Notes under the pieces: model-generated
Seen by the model: only the letters and a program-made list of their open reading frames with translations
Databases searched by the model: none
Told to the model about the DNA's origin: nothing
Translations under genes and position numbers: made by a program
Assembly: GCF_965232425.1 (NCBI RefSeq)
Contig: NZ_OZ246971.1
Coordinates: 3,233,436-3,297,435 of the forward strand
From: Roseibium sp.
Lineage (GTDB): Bacteria; Pseudomonadota; Alphaproteobacteria; Rhizobiales; Stappiaceae
Direction: 5' to 3'
Length of the DNA: 64,000 nt
Part shown: positions 56,068-64,000 of the stretch, in pieces
Layout of the letters: every line of letters begins with the position of its first letter
Position numbering within the stretch: the first letter of the stretch is position 1

Positions 56068-56976
56068 GTGTCCAAAACTTTTCTGGCCGTCGGCGAATGC
56101 ATGGTCGAGATGGCTCCGACCGGTCAAGGCACGTTTGCCATGGGATTTGCCGGAGACACGCTGAACACGGCCTGGTATGCGCGCAAGTGCCTGCCGTCAG
56201 ACTGGACCGTCGGCTACTGCACCGCGGTCGGCCGCGACCAGGTCTCGGACCAGATGGTTGGGTTTCTGCAGCAGTCCGGTATCGACGTCGGACCGGTCCG
56301 GCGGCTGGACGACAGGACCGTCGGACTTTACATGATCCAGCTCAAGAATGGGGAGCGCAGCTTTGCCTACTGGCGGTCCCAGGCCGCAGCGCGTCAGCTC
56401 GCAGCTGACGCCGGTCAGCTGCAGGCAGCCGTTGACGATGCCGCGCTGATCTATTTCAGCGGTATCACCCTTGCGATCCTGCCGGAACGGGATCGCGATA
56501 CCTTTTTCGACGCGCTGAGAGCTGCCCGTGCCCGCGGCGCCAAAACGGCGTTCGATCCGAACTTGCGCCCGCGTCTCTGGGAAACGGAAGACACGATGCG
56601 CGCCTGTGTCACCGAAGCTGCCGGGCTGTGCGACTTCGTCATGCCGTCCTTCGAGGACGAGCTGGCCCATTTCGGGGATCGGGCGGCAGATGTCAGCGCC
56701 GACCGGTACCTGTCGGCCGGGGCCGACATGGTCGTGGTCAAGAACGGGCCGGAAGAGGTCATCTGCGCCTCCAGCGAAAGCCGGCAGGCGTTTCAGCCCA
56801 GGCCGGTCTCCAACATCGTCGACACGACCGCCGCCGGAGACAGCTTCAACGCGGCGTTTCTGGCGGAGTACTTGGTCAGCGGCAACATTGCCGCCAGTGT
56901 CGATGCAGGTGCCCGGCTCGCCGGAACCGTGATCCAGCACCGCGGCGCGCTGGTGGACTGCTTCGAGCCTGCCTGA
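56068..56976 (+). CDS. kdgK: PfkB-family sugar kinase, 2-dehydro-3-deoxygluconokinase-like
   Basis: 302 aa, GTG start with a GGGAGGA RBS. The pattern LAVGECMVEMAP...GFAGDTLNTAWY and the C-terminal VDTTAAGDSFNAAF anion-hole motif fit this family. Confidence 0.7.
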   Translation: MSKTFLAVGECMVEMAPTGQGTFAMGFAGDTLNTAWYARKCLPSDWTVGYCTAVGRDQVSDQMVGFLQQSGIDVGPVRRLDDRTVGLYMIQLKNGERSFAYWRSQAAARQLAADAGQLQAAVDDAALIYFSGITLAILPERDRDTFFDALRAARARGAKTAFDPNLRPRLWETEDTMRACVTEAAGLCDFVMPSFEDELAHFGDRAADVSADRYLSAGADMVVVKNGPEEVICASSESRQAFQPRPVSNIVDTTAAGDSFNAAFLAEYLVSGNIAASVDAGARLAGTVIQHRGALVDCFEPA

Positions 56977-56983
56977 ACCACGG

Positions 56984-57475
56984 TCAGATGACGGCGCTGT
57001 CGGTGGCGGTGACGGTGGTTTCGTCCAGGTTGAGGCCTTCGAATTCCTTGACCGTGCTGAGGCTCAGCAACGTCTTCATCTGCGCGACCGACGGGATCTG
57101 TGACAGCCTGCCCCTGTAGAGCTTCTCGTAAGCTGCCGTGTTCTTCGTCATCAGCCGTATCAGATAATCGAATTCGCCGGAAATCAGGTGGCATTCCAGG
57201 ACCTCCGGCATGCGCGCTATCTCGTCCTCGAACGCGAGTGCGTCCTCCCTGCGCGGACTGGTCAGTTTCACCTCGATGAAAACCTGCATTTCCAGGTTCA
57301 GCGATGCCCGGTCCAGCCGGACCGTGTAGGCCTCGATAATCCCGCTCGATTCCAGAAGTTTGACCCGCCGGTGGCATGCCGACAGGGACAGTCCAACCTG
57401 CTCCGACAGCCGCGCCATCGAAATGCGGCTGTTTTTCTGCAAAATCGAAAGTATTTTCTGATCAAGCCGATCCAT
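56984..57475 (-). CDS. Lrp/AsnC-family transcriptional regulator
   Basis: MDRLDQKILSILQKNSRISMARLSEQVGLSLSACHRRVKLLESSGII HTH followed by a RAM domain. 163 aa. Confidence 0.88.
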   Translation of the reverse strand: MDRLDQKILSILQKNSRISMARLSEQVGLSLSACHRRVKLLESSGIIEAYTVRLDRASLNLEMQVFIEVKLTSPRREDALAFEDEIARMPEVLECHLISGEFDYLIRLMTKNTAAYEKLYRGRLSQIPSVAQMKTLLSLSTVKEFEGLNLDETTVTATDSAVI

Positions 57476-57616
57476 CGTAATAATTCCGAAAAATTTGTGA
57501 TTTTTCGATAATTATTGAGAAAATTTCTGAATTCAATTGAAAAATGAGAACCTTTCCTTTGCAACGTGGGATATCGTTTCCTCTACGGCATGGGGCCGTT
57601 GAAAAGGGGAACCTAA

Positions 57617-58051
57617 ATGAACAAGAAAATAGTCGTCGGCTACGACGGCAGCAGCGCATCGGACAACGCGGTCGATTTCGCTGTTAACTTGGCAAAGGCC
57701 AGTCAAGCGGGGCTTGTGATTGCACATGTACTTGAATGGTCGCCTTACACCTTCCTGACGCCAAACGAAATTGAAGAGCGGCACGCGCGCAGGACCGAGG
57801 AGCTTGAGCGTGCGCGCAAGGCCGTGCTCGATCCCGTGATGCAGAAGCTTTCGAGCGACGGCCTGGAAGCGACATCCGAACTTCGGTACGGGCACATTGC
57901 CGAAACGCTGATCAAGATTGCCGACGAGGACGGTGTCGAGCAGATCGTGATTGGCCGGACGGGGCACTCGCAGCTGTCCACCCGGGTGTTCGGATCCGTC
58001 GCGGGCAGCCTTGCACAGGCGGCACCGGTGCCGGTGACCATCGTTCCATAA
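57617..58051 (+). CDS. Universal stress protein (UspA family)
   Basis: 144 aa: KIVVGYDGSSASDNAVDFAV...IVIGRTGHSQLSTRVFGSVAGSLAQAAPVPVTIV. Confidence 0.85.
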   Translation: MNKKIVVGYDGSSASDNAVDFAVNLAKASQAGLVIAHVLEWSPYTFLTPNEIEERHARRTEELERARKAVLDPVMQKLSSDGLEATSELRYGHIAETLIKIADEDGVEQIVIGRTGHSQLSTRVFGSVAGSLAQAAPVPVTIVP

Positions 58052-58071
58052 AATTTCCAGGGGCTCAGAAA

Positions 58072-59613
58072 ATGAAAAAATCCTTCGCAGCGGCTCTTGC
58101 CGCCTCCATTGTCCTTGCCTGCACGATGCCGGCGATGGCTCAATCCATCGACGAACAGGTCAACACGCTGTTCGCAAATTCGACAGGCTGGTTCGTCAGC
58201 TTCATCTTCAGCCCGTTTCCCGGAACGTCGTTTCCGTGGATCGTCGGCTGGCTGGTGATCGCGGCAACCGTCTTCACGATCTATTTCGGCTTCATCCAGT
58301 TCCGAGCGTTTCCGCATTCGATCGCGCTGGTGCGCGGCGACTATTCGGATCCGGAAGATGCCGGTGAGGTCAGCCATTTCCAGGCGTTGGCGACAGCCCT
58401 TTCTGGCACCGTCGGTCTCGGCAACATTGCCGGTGTCGCGGTTGCCGTGGGCATCGGCGGTCCGGGTGCGACCTTCTGGATGATCCTTGCCGGGCTGATG
58501 GGCATGGCGTCCAAGTTCACCGAGTGTACCCTCGGCGTGAAGTACCGGAACGAATATCCGGACGGCACCGTCTCGGGCGGACCGATGTACTACATGACCA
58601 AGGGATTCGAGGAGCGCGGGTTGCCTGCCGGCAAGATCCTCGCGGTGATGTTCGCGATCTTCTGTATCCTTGGCGCGTTCGGCGGCGGAAACATGTTCCA
58701 GGCCAACCAGGCGCATGCGCAGATCGCCAACGTGGTCGGCGACTACCCGGGCTGGATCACCGGTCTCATCTTCGCGGCCATCGTCTTCGCGGTGATCGTC
58801 GGCGGTCTGAAATCAATCGCTTCGGTCACGGAAAAGGTCGTTCCGTTCATGGGCGTTCTCTATGTCCTGACCGCACTTGTCATTCTGCTGATGCATGCGG
58901 ACAAGATCGGCTGGGCCTTCGGTCAGATCTTTGAAGGTGCGTTTACCGGTCTCGGCGTCGCCGGCGGCTTTGTCGGCGCCCTGATTCAGGGCTTCAAGCG
59001 GGCGGCATTTTCCAACGAGGCCGGTGTCGGTTCCGCCGCAATCGCGCACTCGGCCGTGCGGACCAAGGAGCCGATCACGGAAGGCTTCGTGTCGCTTCTG
59101 GAGCCGTTCATCGACACCGTCGTGATCTGCACCATGACCGCGCTGGTCATCATCATCACGGGGCAGCTGGTCTCCGATCCGGAAACCGGTCTTTACGTGC
59201 TCAATGAAGCGGGCTCCGCGATCCAGACCGTGGACGGAAACTCGGGTGTCGCCCTGACGTCCGCCGCCTTCTCGTCGGCGTTCGGGTGGTTCCAGTACGT
59301 GCTGGCCGTCGCAGTGGTGCTGTTTGCCTTCTCCACCATGATCAGCTGGTCCTATTACGGCCTGAAGGCCTGGACCTTCCTGTTCGGCGAAGGCAAGACC
59401 AAGGAACTAGTCTTCAAGGTCATCTTCTGCATCTTCGTGGTAATCGGAGCAGCGGCCAGCCTCGGCCCGGTCATCGACTTCTCCGACGCGGCGATCTTCG
59501 CCATGGCGGTTGTCAACATCGTGGCGCTCTACGCGCTGATGCCGATCGTCAAGCGTGAACTGGACAGCTACCTGACGCGGCTGAAGAGCAACGAAATCAA
59601 GAAGTTCACCTGA
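58072..59613 (+). CDS. Alanine/glycine:cation symporter (AGCS family)
   Basis: 513 aa, polytopic, with SHFQALATALSGTVGLGNIAGVAVAVGIGGPGATFWM and FSNEAGVGSAAIAHSA, hallmarks of AGCS transporters. Confidence 0.85.
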   Translation: MKKSFAAALAASIVLACTMPAMAQSIDEQVNTLFANSTGWFVSFIFSPFPGTSFPWIVGWLVIAATVFTIYFGFIQFRAFPHSIALVRGDYSDPEDAGEVSHFQALATALSGTVGLGNIAGVAVAVGIGGPGATFWMILAGLMGMASKFTECTLGVKYRNEYPDGTVSGGPMYYMTKGFEERGLPAGKILAVMFAIFCILGAFGGGNMFQANQAHAQIANVVGDYPGWITGLIFAAIVFAVIVGGLKSIASVTEKVVPFMGVLYVLTALVILLMHADKIGWAFGQIFEGAFTGLGVAGGFVGALIQGFKRAAFSNEAGVGSAAIAHSAVRTKEPITEGFVSLLEPFIDTVVICTMTALVIIITGQLVSDPETGLYVLNEAGSAIQTVDGNSGVALTSAAFSSAFGWFQYVLAVAVVLFAFSTMISWSYYGLKAWTFLFGEGKTKELVFKVIFCIFVVIGAAASLGPVIDFSDAAIFAMAVVNIVALYALMPIVKRELDSYLTRLKSNEIKKFT

Positions 59614-59622
59614 TTTCTGCGC

Positions 59623-59692
59623 GGCTTCGCGGCCATGAGTGCGTGTCCGCGAAGCCTTCTAACACGAACCAGTCCGGTTTCCGGACTGGTTC
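59623..59692 (+). terminator. Two consecutive hairpins after the symporter gene
   Basis: The first is GGCTTCGCGG-14 nt-CCGCGAAGCC (59623-59656), followed by TTCT. The second is GAACCAGTCCGG-ttt-CCGGACTGGTTC (59666-59692). Confidence 0.5.
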
Positions 59693-60063
59693 AGCTGTCC
59701 CTTGCGACTTGAACGGTAGCCATTGAGGACCTCACGTATCTACAGGAATCGATTCCTGGTCATGCGGCTTGTTCGAAGCAAAAATCGAGTCGATTTACGC
59801 CGCTGGCGGAATATTACGTACTTGAATCCAGCGTTTTGGCCGTTTCTACCTTAGTATAATAGCCCATTCATCTGGGTCAATTTGTAAAGAAAATGTCGTA
59901 ATTTGTCATGCTTGCGCTGTGTCAGGCAGATTTCATTAACCATTTCTTCCAGCTGTTGCCGAAATAATAGTTTCAGGAAGTCGAAACAAGAAATCATTCG
60001 AAATTTGAAACTCCGCCGCTGCTCATATCGAGCGCCGGAGATCCTTTTCCGTGCGAGGTCTTC

Positions 60064-62253
60064 ATGCTCTCAAATATGCGCCTGTCGAAGAAAATTCCTG
60101 CATTGCTGGTCGGGGCCGCCGCCGTTGTCGGCATCGGAATTGGCGTTGCCAGCTACTTCACGTCCGTCAACAGTATCGAAGAGCTCACCAAGCAACGGCT
60201 CAAGGCAGCTGCTGAAATCGGGTCACACGAGATCCATGCCTACCTGGAAGCGATCGAGCACCAGCTCGTGCTGATCGCCGAGAACCCGGGTACAGCTTCC
60301 GCTGTCTCGGATTTTGCCGGCGCCTGGCAAGAGATGGCGGGAGACGGCACAGACATGGAGGCCCGTCTCCAGCAGGCCTACATTACCGACAACCCCCATC
60401 CGACCGGCGAAAAGGACAAGCTCTACCAGGCCGAGACCGGGACCGCGTATGACCTGGTTCACGGCAAGTATCATCCCTGGTTCCACAAGCTGCAACAGGA
60501 TGAAGGCTATTACGATGTCTTCCTGTTCGACACGGAAGGCAACCTCGTCTATTCGGTTTTCAAAGAACTCGACTACGCGACCAACTTTCTGGCCGGTGGC
60601 GGCAAATGGGCGTCGTCCGACCTTGGCGAGGTTTACCGGAAGGCGATGTCCATTACCGCGGACAGCGAGATCGCCTTCGAAGATTTCGCCCCTTACGGCC
60701 CGAGTTTCGACGCGCCTGCCAGTTTCATGGCCCATCCGGTCACCGACAGCCATGGCAGCACGATCGGCGTTCTTGCGTTTCAGATGCCGGTCGACAAGAT
60801 CAATCAACTCATGAAGAACGATCTTGGTCTGGGCAATACCGGTGAGCTTGTGCTCATCGGCGATGACGGCCTGATGCGCAACGACACTGATCATACCGCC
60901 GACGTGAACGATATCCTGGCGACAAGGATCGACGCGCCCGTCATCGAAGAAGCCAAGAAAGCCGGAAGTGCGTTTGGATACGCCGACCTGCATCGGGGCG
61001 AACTGATGGATGTCGAGGCCCTGAAATTCGATTATCAGGACAACGGCTTCGTACTCCTGGCCATGCAATCATACGCAGAGGCCAACGCTCCCGTCGCCGC
61101 CATGCGCAACCGGATGCTTGTGGCCGGCGTGGTCCTGCTTGCGATCGCCGCCGTTGCCGGGTTTTTCGCCGCGCGCACGATTACGTCGCCGATCGCGCGG
61201 CTTGTCGATGCCGTGACACGACTGGCTGCGGGTGACGTCAATGTGGATGTGGACGGTGCCGAGCGGAGCGATGAGATCGGCGACATGAGCAGAGCCGTCG
61301 CAGTTTTCAAGGCCAATGCCATCCAGAGAAGCGAGCTGGAAATGCAGGCACAGGGCGATCAGAAAAGGGAACGCGAGCGGCAGCTGCAGCTGGATGGCCT
61401 GATCAGCGACTTCAAGGTTGCCATTTCTGAGCGTTTGGCAACCGTGTCCGATCAGATGCACCTCATGCAGCAATCGGCAACCACGCTCGATACGCTGGCC
61501 AACAGCGCCTCCACGGAGACGCATGCGGCGGGCAACGCTTCGAAAAACGCGTCTGAAAACGTTGCGGCGGTTGCCGCAGCAACGGAAGAAATGACGGCGT
61601 CTGTCCAGGAGATCGCGAACCAGACGGAAGCGACCACCCGGATCGTCACCGAAACCGTGGAGGCTGCGGAGGTGACCAATCAGTATGTCCAGACGCTTTC
61701 GGAAACGGCCGAGCATATCGGCAGCGTCGTCAACCTGATCCGGGACATTGCCGAACAAACCAACCTGCTTGCGCTCAATGCAACCATCGAAGCCGCGCGT
61801 GCGGGAGAAGCCGGGCGGGGGTTCGCCGTCGTCGCCTCGGAAGTCAAGCAACTCGCGGAGCAGACGTCAAAGGCGACGGACGAGATTTCAGGGCGGGTTT
61901 CCGGAATTCAGACCTCCGTCAAGGATGCCGCCAGCGCGATCGGAAACATCTCGGCGAAAGTGTCCGACGTCATGGATCTCACGAGTTCGGTTGCCAGCGC
62001 GATCGAGGAACAGCGGTCTGCCAACGAGGAAATCGCGCGCTCGGCGAAGTCTGCCAGCGACAGCACCTCGGAAGCGGAAACAAGCATGACGTCCGTCGCC
62101 AGCGTCGTGCAAAAAACGTCGGAAGAAGCAGGCTCGGTGAACTCCGCGTCCGGCCTGGTTTCGGAGGCGAGCGCCATGCTCACCGAGGAGGTGGAAAGGT
62201 TCCTGAGCGACGTGACCCGCAATGCGGAGAGCCGGCACGAGGATGCTGCCTGA
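60064..62253 (+). CDS. Methyl-accepting chemotaxis protein with a periplasmic Cache-type sensor and HAMP domain
   Basis: 729 aa. One N-terminal TM segment, about 290 aa of periplasmic domain, a second TM segment, HAMP, and the signalling hairpin [40 protein letters not shown]. Confidence 0.9.
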   Translation: MLSNMRLSKKIPALLVGAAAVVGIGIGVASYFTSVNSIEELTKQRLKAAAEIGSHEIHAYLEAIEHQLVLIAENPGTASAVSDFAGAWQEMAGDGTDMEARLQQAYITDNPHPTGEKDKLYQAETGTAYDLVHGKYHPWFHKLQQDEGYYDVFLFDTEGNLVYSVFKELDYATNFLAGGGKWASSDLGEVYRKAMSITADSEIAFEDFAPYGPSFDAPASFMAHPVTDSHGSTIGVLAFQMPVDKINQLMKNDLGLGNTGELVLIGDDGLMRNDTDHTADVNDILATRIDAPVIEEAKKAGSAFGYADLHRGELMDVEALKFDYQDNGFVLLAMQSYAEANAPVAAMRNRMLVAGVVLLAIAAVAGFFAARTITSPIARLVDAVTRLAAGDVNVDVDGAERSDEIGDMSRAVAVFKANAIQRSELEMQAQGDQKRERERQLQLDGLISDFKVAISERLATVSDQMHLMQQSATTLDTLANSASTETHAAGNASKNASENVAAVAAATEEMTASVQEIANQTEATTRIVTETVEAAEVTNQYVQTLSETAEHIGSVVNLIRDIAEQTNLLALNATIEAARAGEAGRGFAVVASEVKQLAEQTSKATDEISGRVSGIQTSVKDAASAIGNISAKVSDVMDLTSSVASAIEEQRSANEEIARSAKSASDSTSEAETSMTSVASVVQKTSEEAGSVNSASGLVSEASAMLTEEVERFLSDVTRNAESRHEDAA

Positions 62254-62356
62254 TCTCTTCAGGCGCCGTGGCAAGGCCGTGGTCTGCAGGAAGAATCATG
62301 ATGCCACGTGGCACGATCCGGGCCGGGTTGCTGACAAGCGCCCGGCCCGCCGCCAT

Positions 62357-63175
62357 TCACGCATCCCTTTGCGCGATCCAGTCATGGTCGGGATGGTTCT
62401 TGAAGCGCCATTTGCGCATGGGGCCCGCCATCACGTTGAGATAGTACATCTCGTAGCCATACGGTGCGCCGCAAGGATGGTGCCCCTTCGGGACGAGAAC
62501 CACGTCGTGGCTGTTCATCGAGATCGTCTCGTCAAGGGAACCGTCCTCGGTGAAGACACGCTGGTGGCCGTAGCCCTGATCCGGGTTCAGCCGGTGATAG
62601 TAGGTCTCTTCCAGATAGGTCATGTCCGGGAAGCTGTCCTCGTCATGCCGGTGCGGCGGATAGGACGACCAGTTGCCCTGGGGCGTGAACACTTCCGTCA
62701 CCAGCAGGCTGTCGGCAACGTCCGTTTCTTCCATGGCGATCGGAAAGATGTAGCGGGTGTTGGCACCCTTGCCGCGGATGACCTTCTCCGGAACAGGCAG
62801 AACGCGCGCTTCATGCCCGCCTTTGCCGGGGGCCGTGCAGACCCCGATGGTGCAGTCGGTCGTCGCCGTCGCCGTCCAGTCCGATCCGTTCGGCACATAG
62901 ACGCTGTGCGGAGGCAACTGCTCGAATACGTTCATGCGGTTGCCCTGCTCACCGAAATCGGTGCCGCCGGCGGAGATCGACGCCCGGCCTTCGACCATCA
63001 CCAGAATGACTTCCAGGTCGCCGGTCTGTTCCAAAACGGTTTCCCCGGCGCGCAGCCGGTAGAGACCGAAGCCGACGTAACCCCAATCAGGAGATTTCGG
63101 CCCCCTGGCGCTCTCAGTGGTGATGTCGTGAACCTTGCCGGAGGTTGCCGACGGTTTGCGCAACAGATCGCTCAT
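62357..63175 (-). CDS. iolB: 5-deoxy-glucuronate isomerase
   Basis: 272-aa cupin-type protein (…YRLRAGETVLEQTGDLEVILVMVEGRASISAGG…HRHDEDSFPDMTYLEETYYH…). The size and position next to iolE fit IolB. Confidence 0.75.
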   Translation of the reverse strand: MSDLLRKPSATSGKVHDITTESARGPKSPDWGYVGFGLYRLRAGETVLEQTGDLEVILVMVEGRASISAGGTDFGEQGNRMNVFEQLPPHSVYVPNGSDWTATATTDCTIGVCTAPGKGGHEARVLPVPEKVIRGKGANTRYIFPIAMEETDVADSLLVTEVFTPQGNWSSYPPHRHDEDSFPDMTYLEETYYHRLNPDQGYGHQRVFTEDGSLDETISMNSHDVVLVPKGHHPCGAPYGYEMYYLNVMAGPMRKWRFKNHPDHDWIAQRDA

Positions 63176-64000
63176 CTCAAATCCAACTCGCTTGCGATCG
63201 CCTTGAGCGTTTTCAGCCCCAGGCTCTGATACTTGAACGGATTGTGGACTTCAGGGTCCTGTTCGGCCTCGATGACGATCCAGCCCCTGTAGTCCGCGCC
63301 TTTCAGGATCTTCAGAAGGGGCGTGAAATCGATGCCGCCTTCCTCGTCGCCCGGAACGGTAAAGACACCCGCCCTGACACCGTCCATGAATGATTTTCCA
63401 TTCGACCGAATGTCGTCCATCACGGCCGGGCGTACATTCTTGGCATGAAAATGGCCGACCCTGTCGATGTATTTCTGCAAGACAGGTGCCGGATCTTCTC
63501 CCCTGGTGCCGAAGTAACAATGGCCGGCATCGAACAGCAGTTTTGTCGCCGGTCCGGTCGCCGCCATGAAGGCGTCGATTTCGGGCAGCGTTTCGACCAC
63601 CGTTCCCATGTGATGGTGATAGACGAGGTCGATGCCCTGATCGGCACAGAAGACGGCCAGTTCCTCCACTTTCGCGCCGAAGGCTTTCATCTCCGCGTCA
63701 CTCAGCACCGGGCTGGTGGAGATGTCGACATCCGACCCCTGGATGGTGTTGGAGGTTTCGCAGGCAATGCAGACCGTGCAGCCATTGTGCTTCAGCTTGT
63801 CGAGATGCGGCTGGATCGCCGTCTTCTCATCCTCGACTGTCTGCGCCAGCAGGTTCAGCGAATACCATCCGGAAATGAATTTCAGTCCGTGGCTTGCGAG
63901 CAGCTGTTTCAATTCCTCCGGATCGTCGGGCCAGCGGTGACCGTTCTCGATGCCGTCAAAGCCGATTTCCGATGCCTCGGACAGGATCTGTTCCGTCGGT
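63172..64000 (-). CDS. iolE: Inosose dehydratase IolE (5' end lies beyond the window)
   Basis: Xylose-isomerase-like TIM barrel. The frame stays open upstream of the ORF-track TTG at 63912 (…PTEQILSEASEIGFDGIENGHRWPDDPEELKQLLASHGLKF…). The stop overlaps the iolB start (4-bp overlap). Confidence 0.75.
   Translation of the reverse strand, partial: PTEQILSEASEIGFDGIENGHRWPDDPEELKQLLASHGLKFISGWYSLNLLAQTVEDEKTAIQPHLDKLKHNGCTVCIACETSNTIQGSDVDISTSPVLSDAEMKAFGAKVEELAVFCADQGIDLVYHHHMGTVVETLPEIDAFMAATGPATKLLFDAGHCYFGTRGEDPAPVLQKYIDRVGHFHAKNVRPAVMDDIRSNGKSFMDGVRAGVFTVPGDEEGGIDFTPLLKILKGADYRGWIVIEAEQDPEVHNPFKYQSLGLKTLKAIASELDLR

Overview
High-GC (about 60%) alphaproteobacterial chromosomal DNA. The ctrA-fliI-fliJ arrangement and the marine-type osmolyte and sugar genes suggest a Rhizobiales/Rhodobacterales (Stappiaceae-like) organism, but that is a guess. 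I support about 50 protein genes. In order: the ctrA 5' end; fliI-fliJ; a PqiA-like membrane protein; DUF2336; an MscS-family channel; glpD-glpK; an MFS pump; an arsR-arsC-aquaglyceroporin arsenic cluster; GNAT; DUF2270; tex; a TetR regulator; a short RecD/Dda-like helicase; an FAD oxidoreductase; a fatty-acid desaturase coupled to a leaderless PhnD-like protein; LysR plus a Tat-signal haloalkane dehalogenase plus SRPBCC; an mttB-like / dimethylglycine-dehydrogenase-like / DddP-like (M24) operon; a kinase-like gene and a Fe3+-type ABC transporter; gnd; a thioredoxin-like/CcdA pair; a TIM-barrel isomerase; ghrA-like; GntR; LacI plus a CUT1 sugar ABC operon; DeoR plus a Ugp-like ABC operon; kdgK; Lrp; usp plus an alanine:cation symporter; a dCache MCP; iolB; and a partial iolE. 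I saw no rRNA, tRNA, CRISPR array, transposase/integrase gene or recognisable defence system. The least ordinary items are: (1) a 270-bp non-coding MITE-like element in two direct copies that bracket about 11.5 kb, plus solo end-like motifs that supply the TAG stop codons of three genes; (2) the mttB-like/DMGDH-like/DddP-like operon, which has no corrinoid partner; (3) a Tat-leader haloalkane dehalogenase with an intact catalytic pentad; (4) several unassigned palindromic operator candidates. All functional names come from reading the translations against remembered family motifs. No database search was possible.
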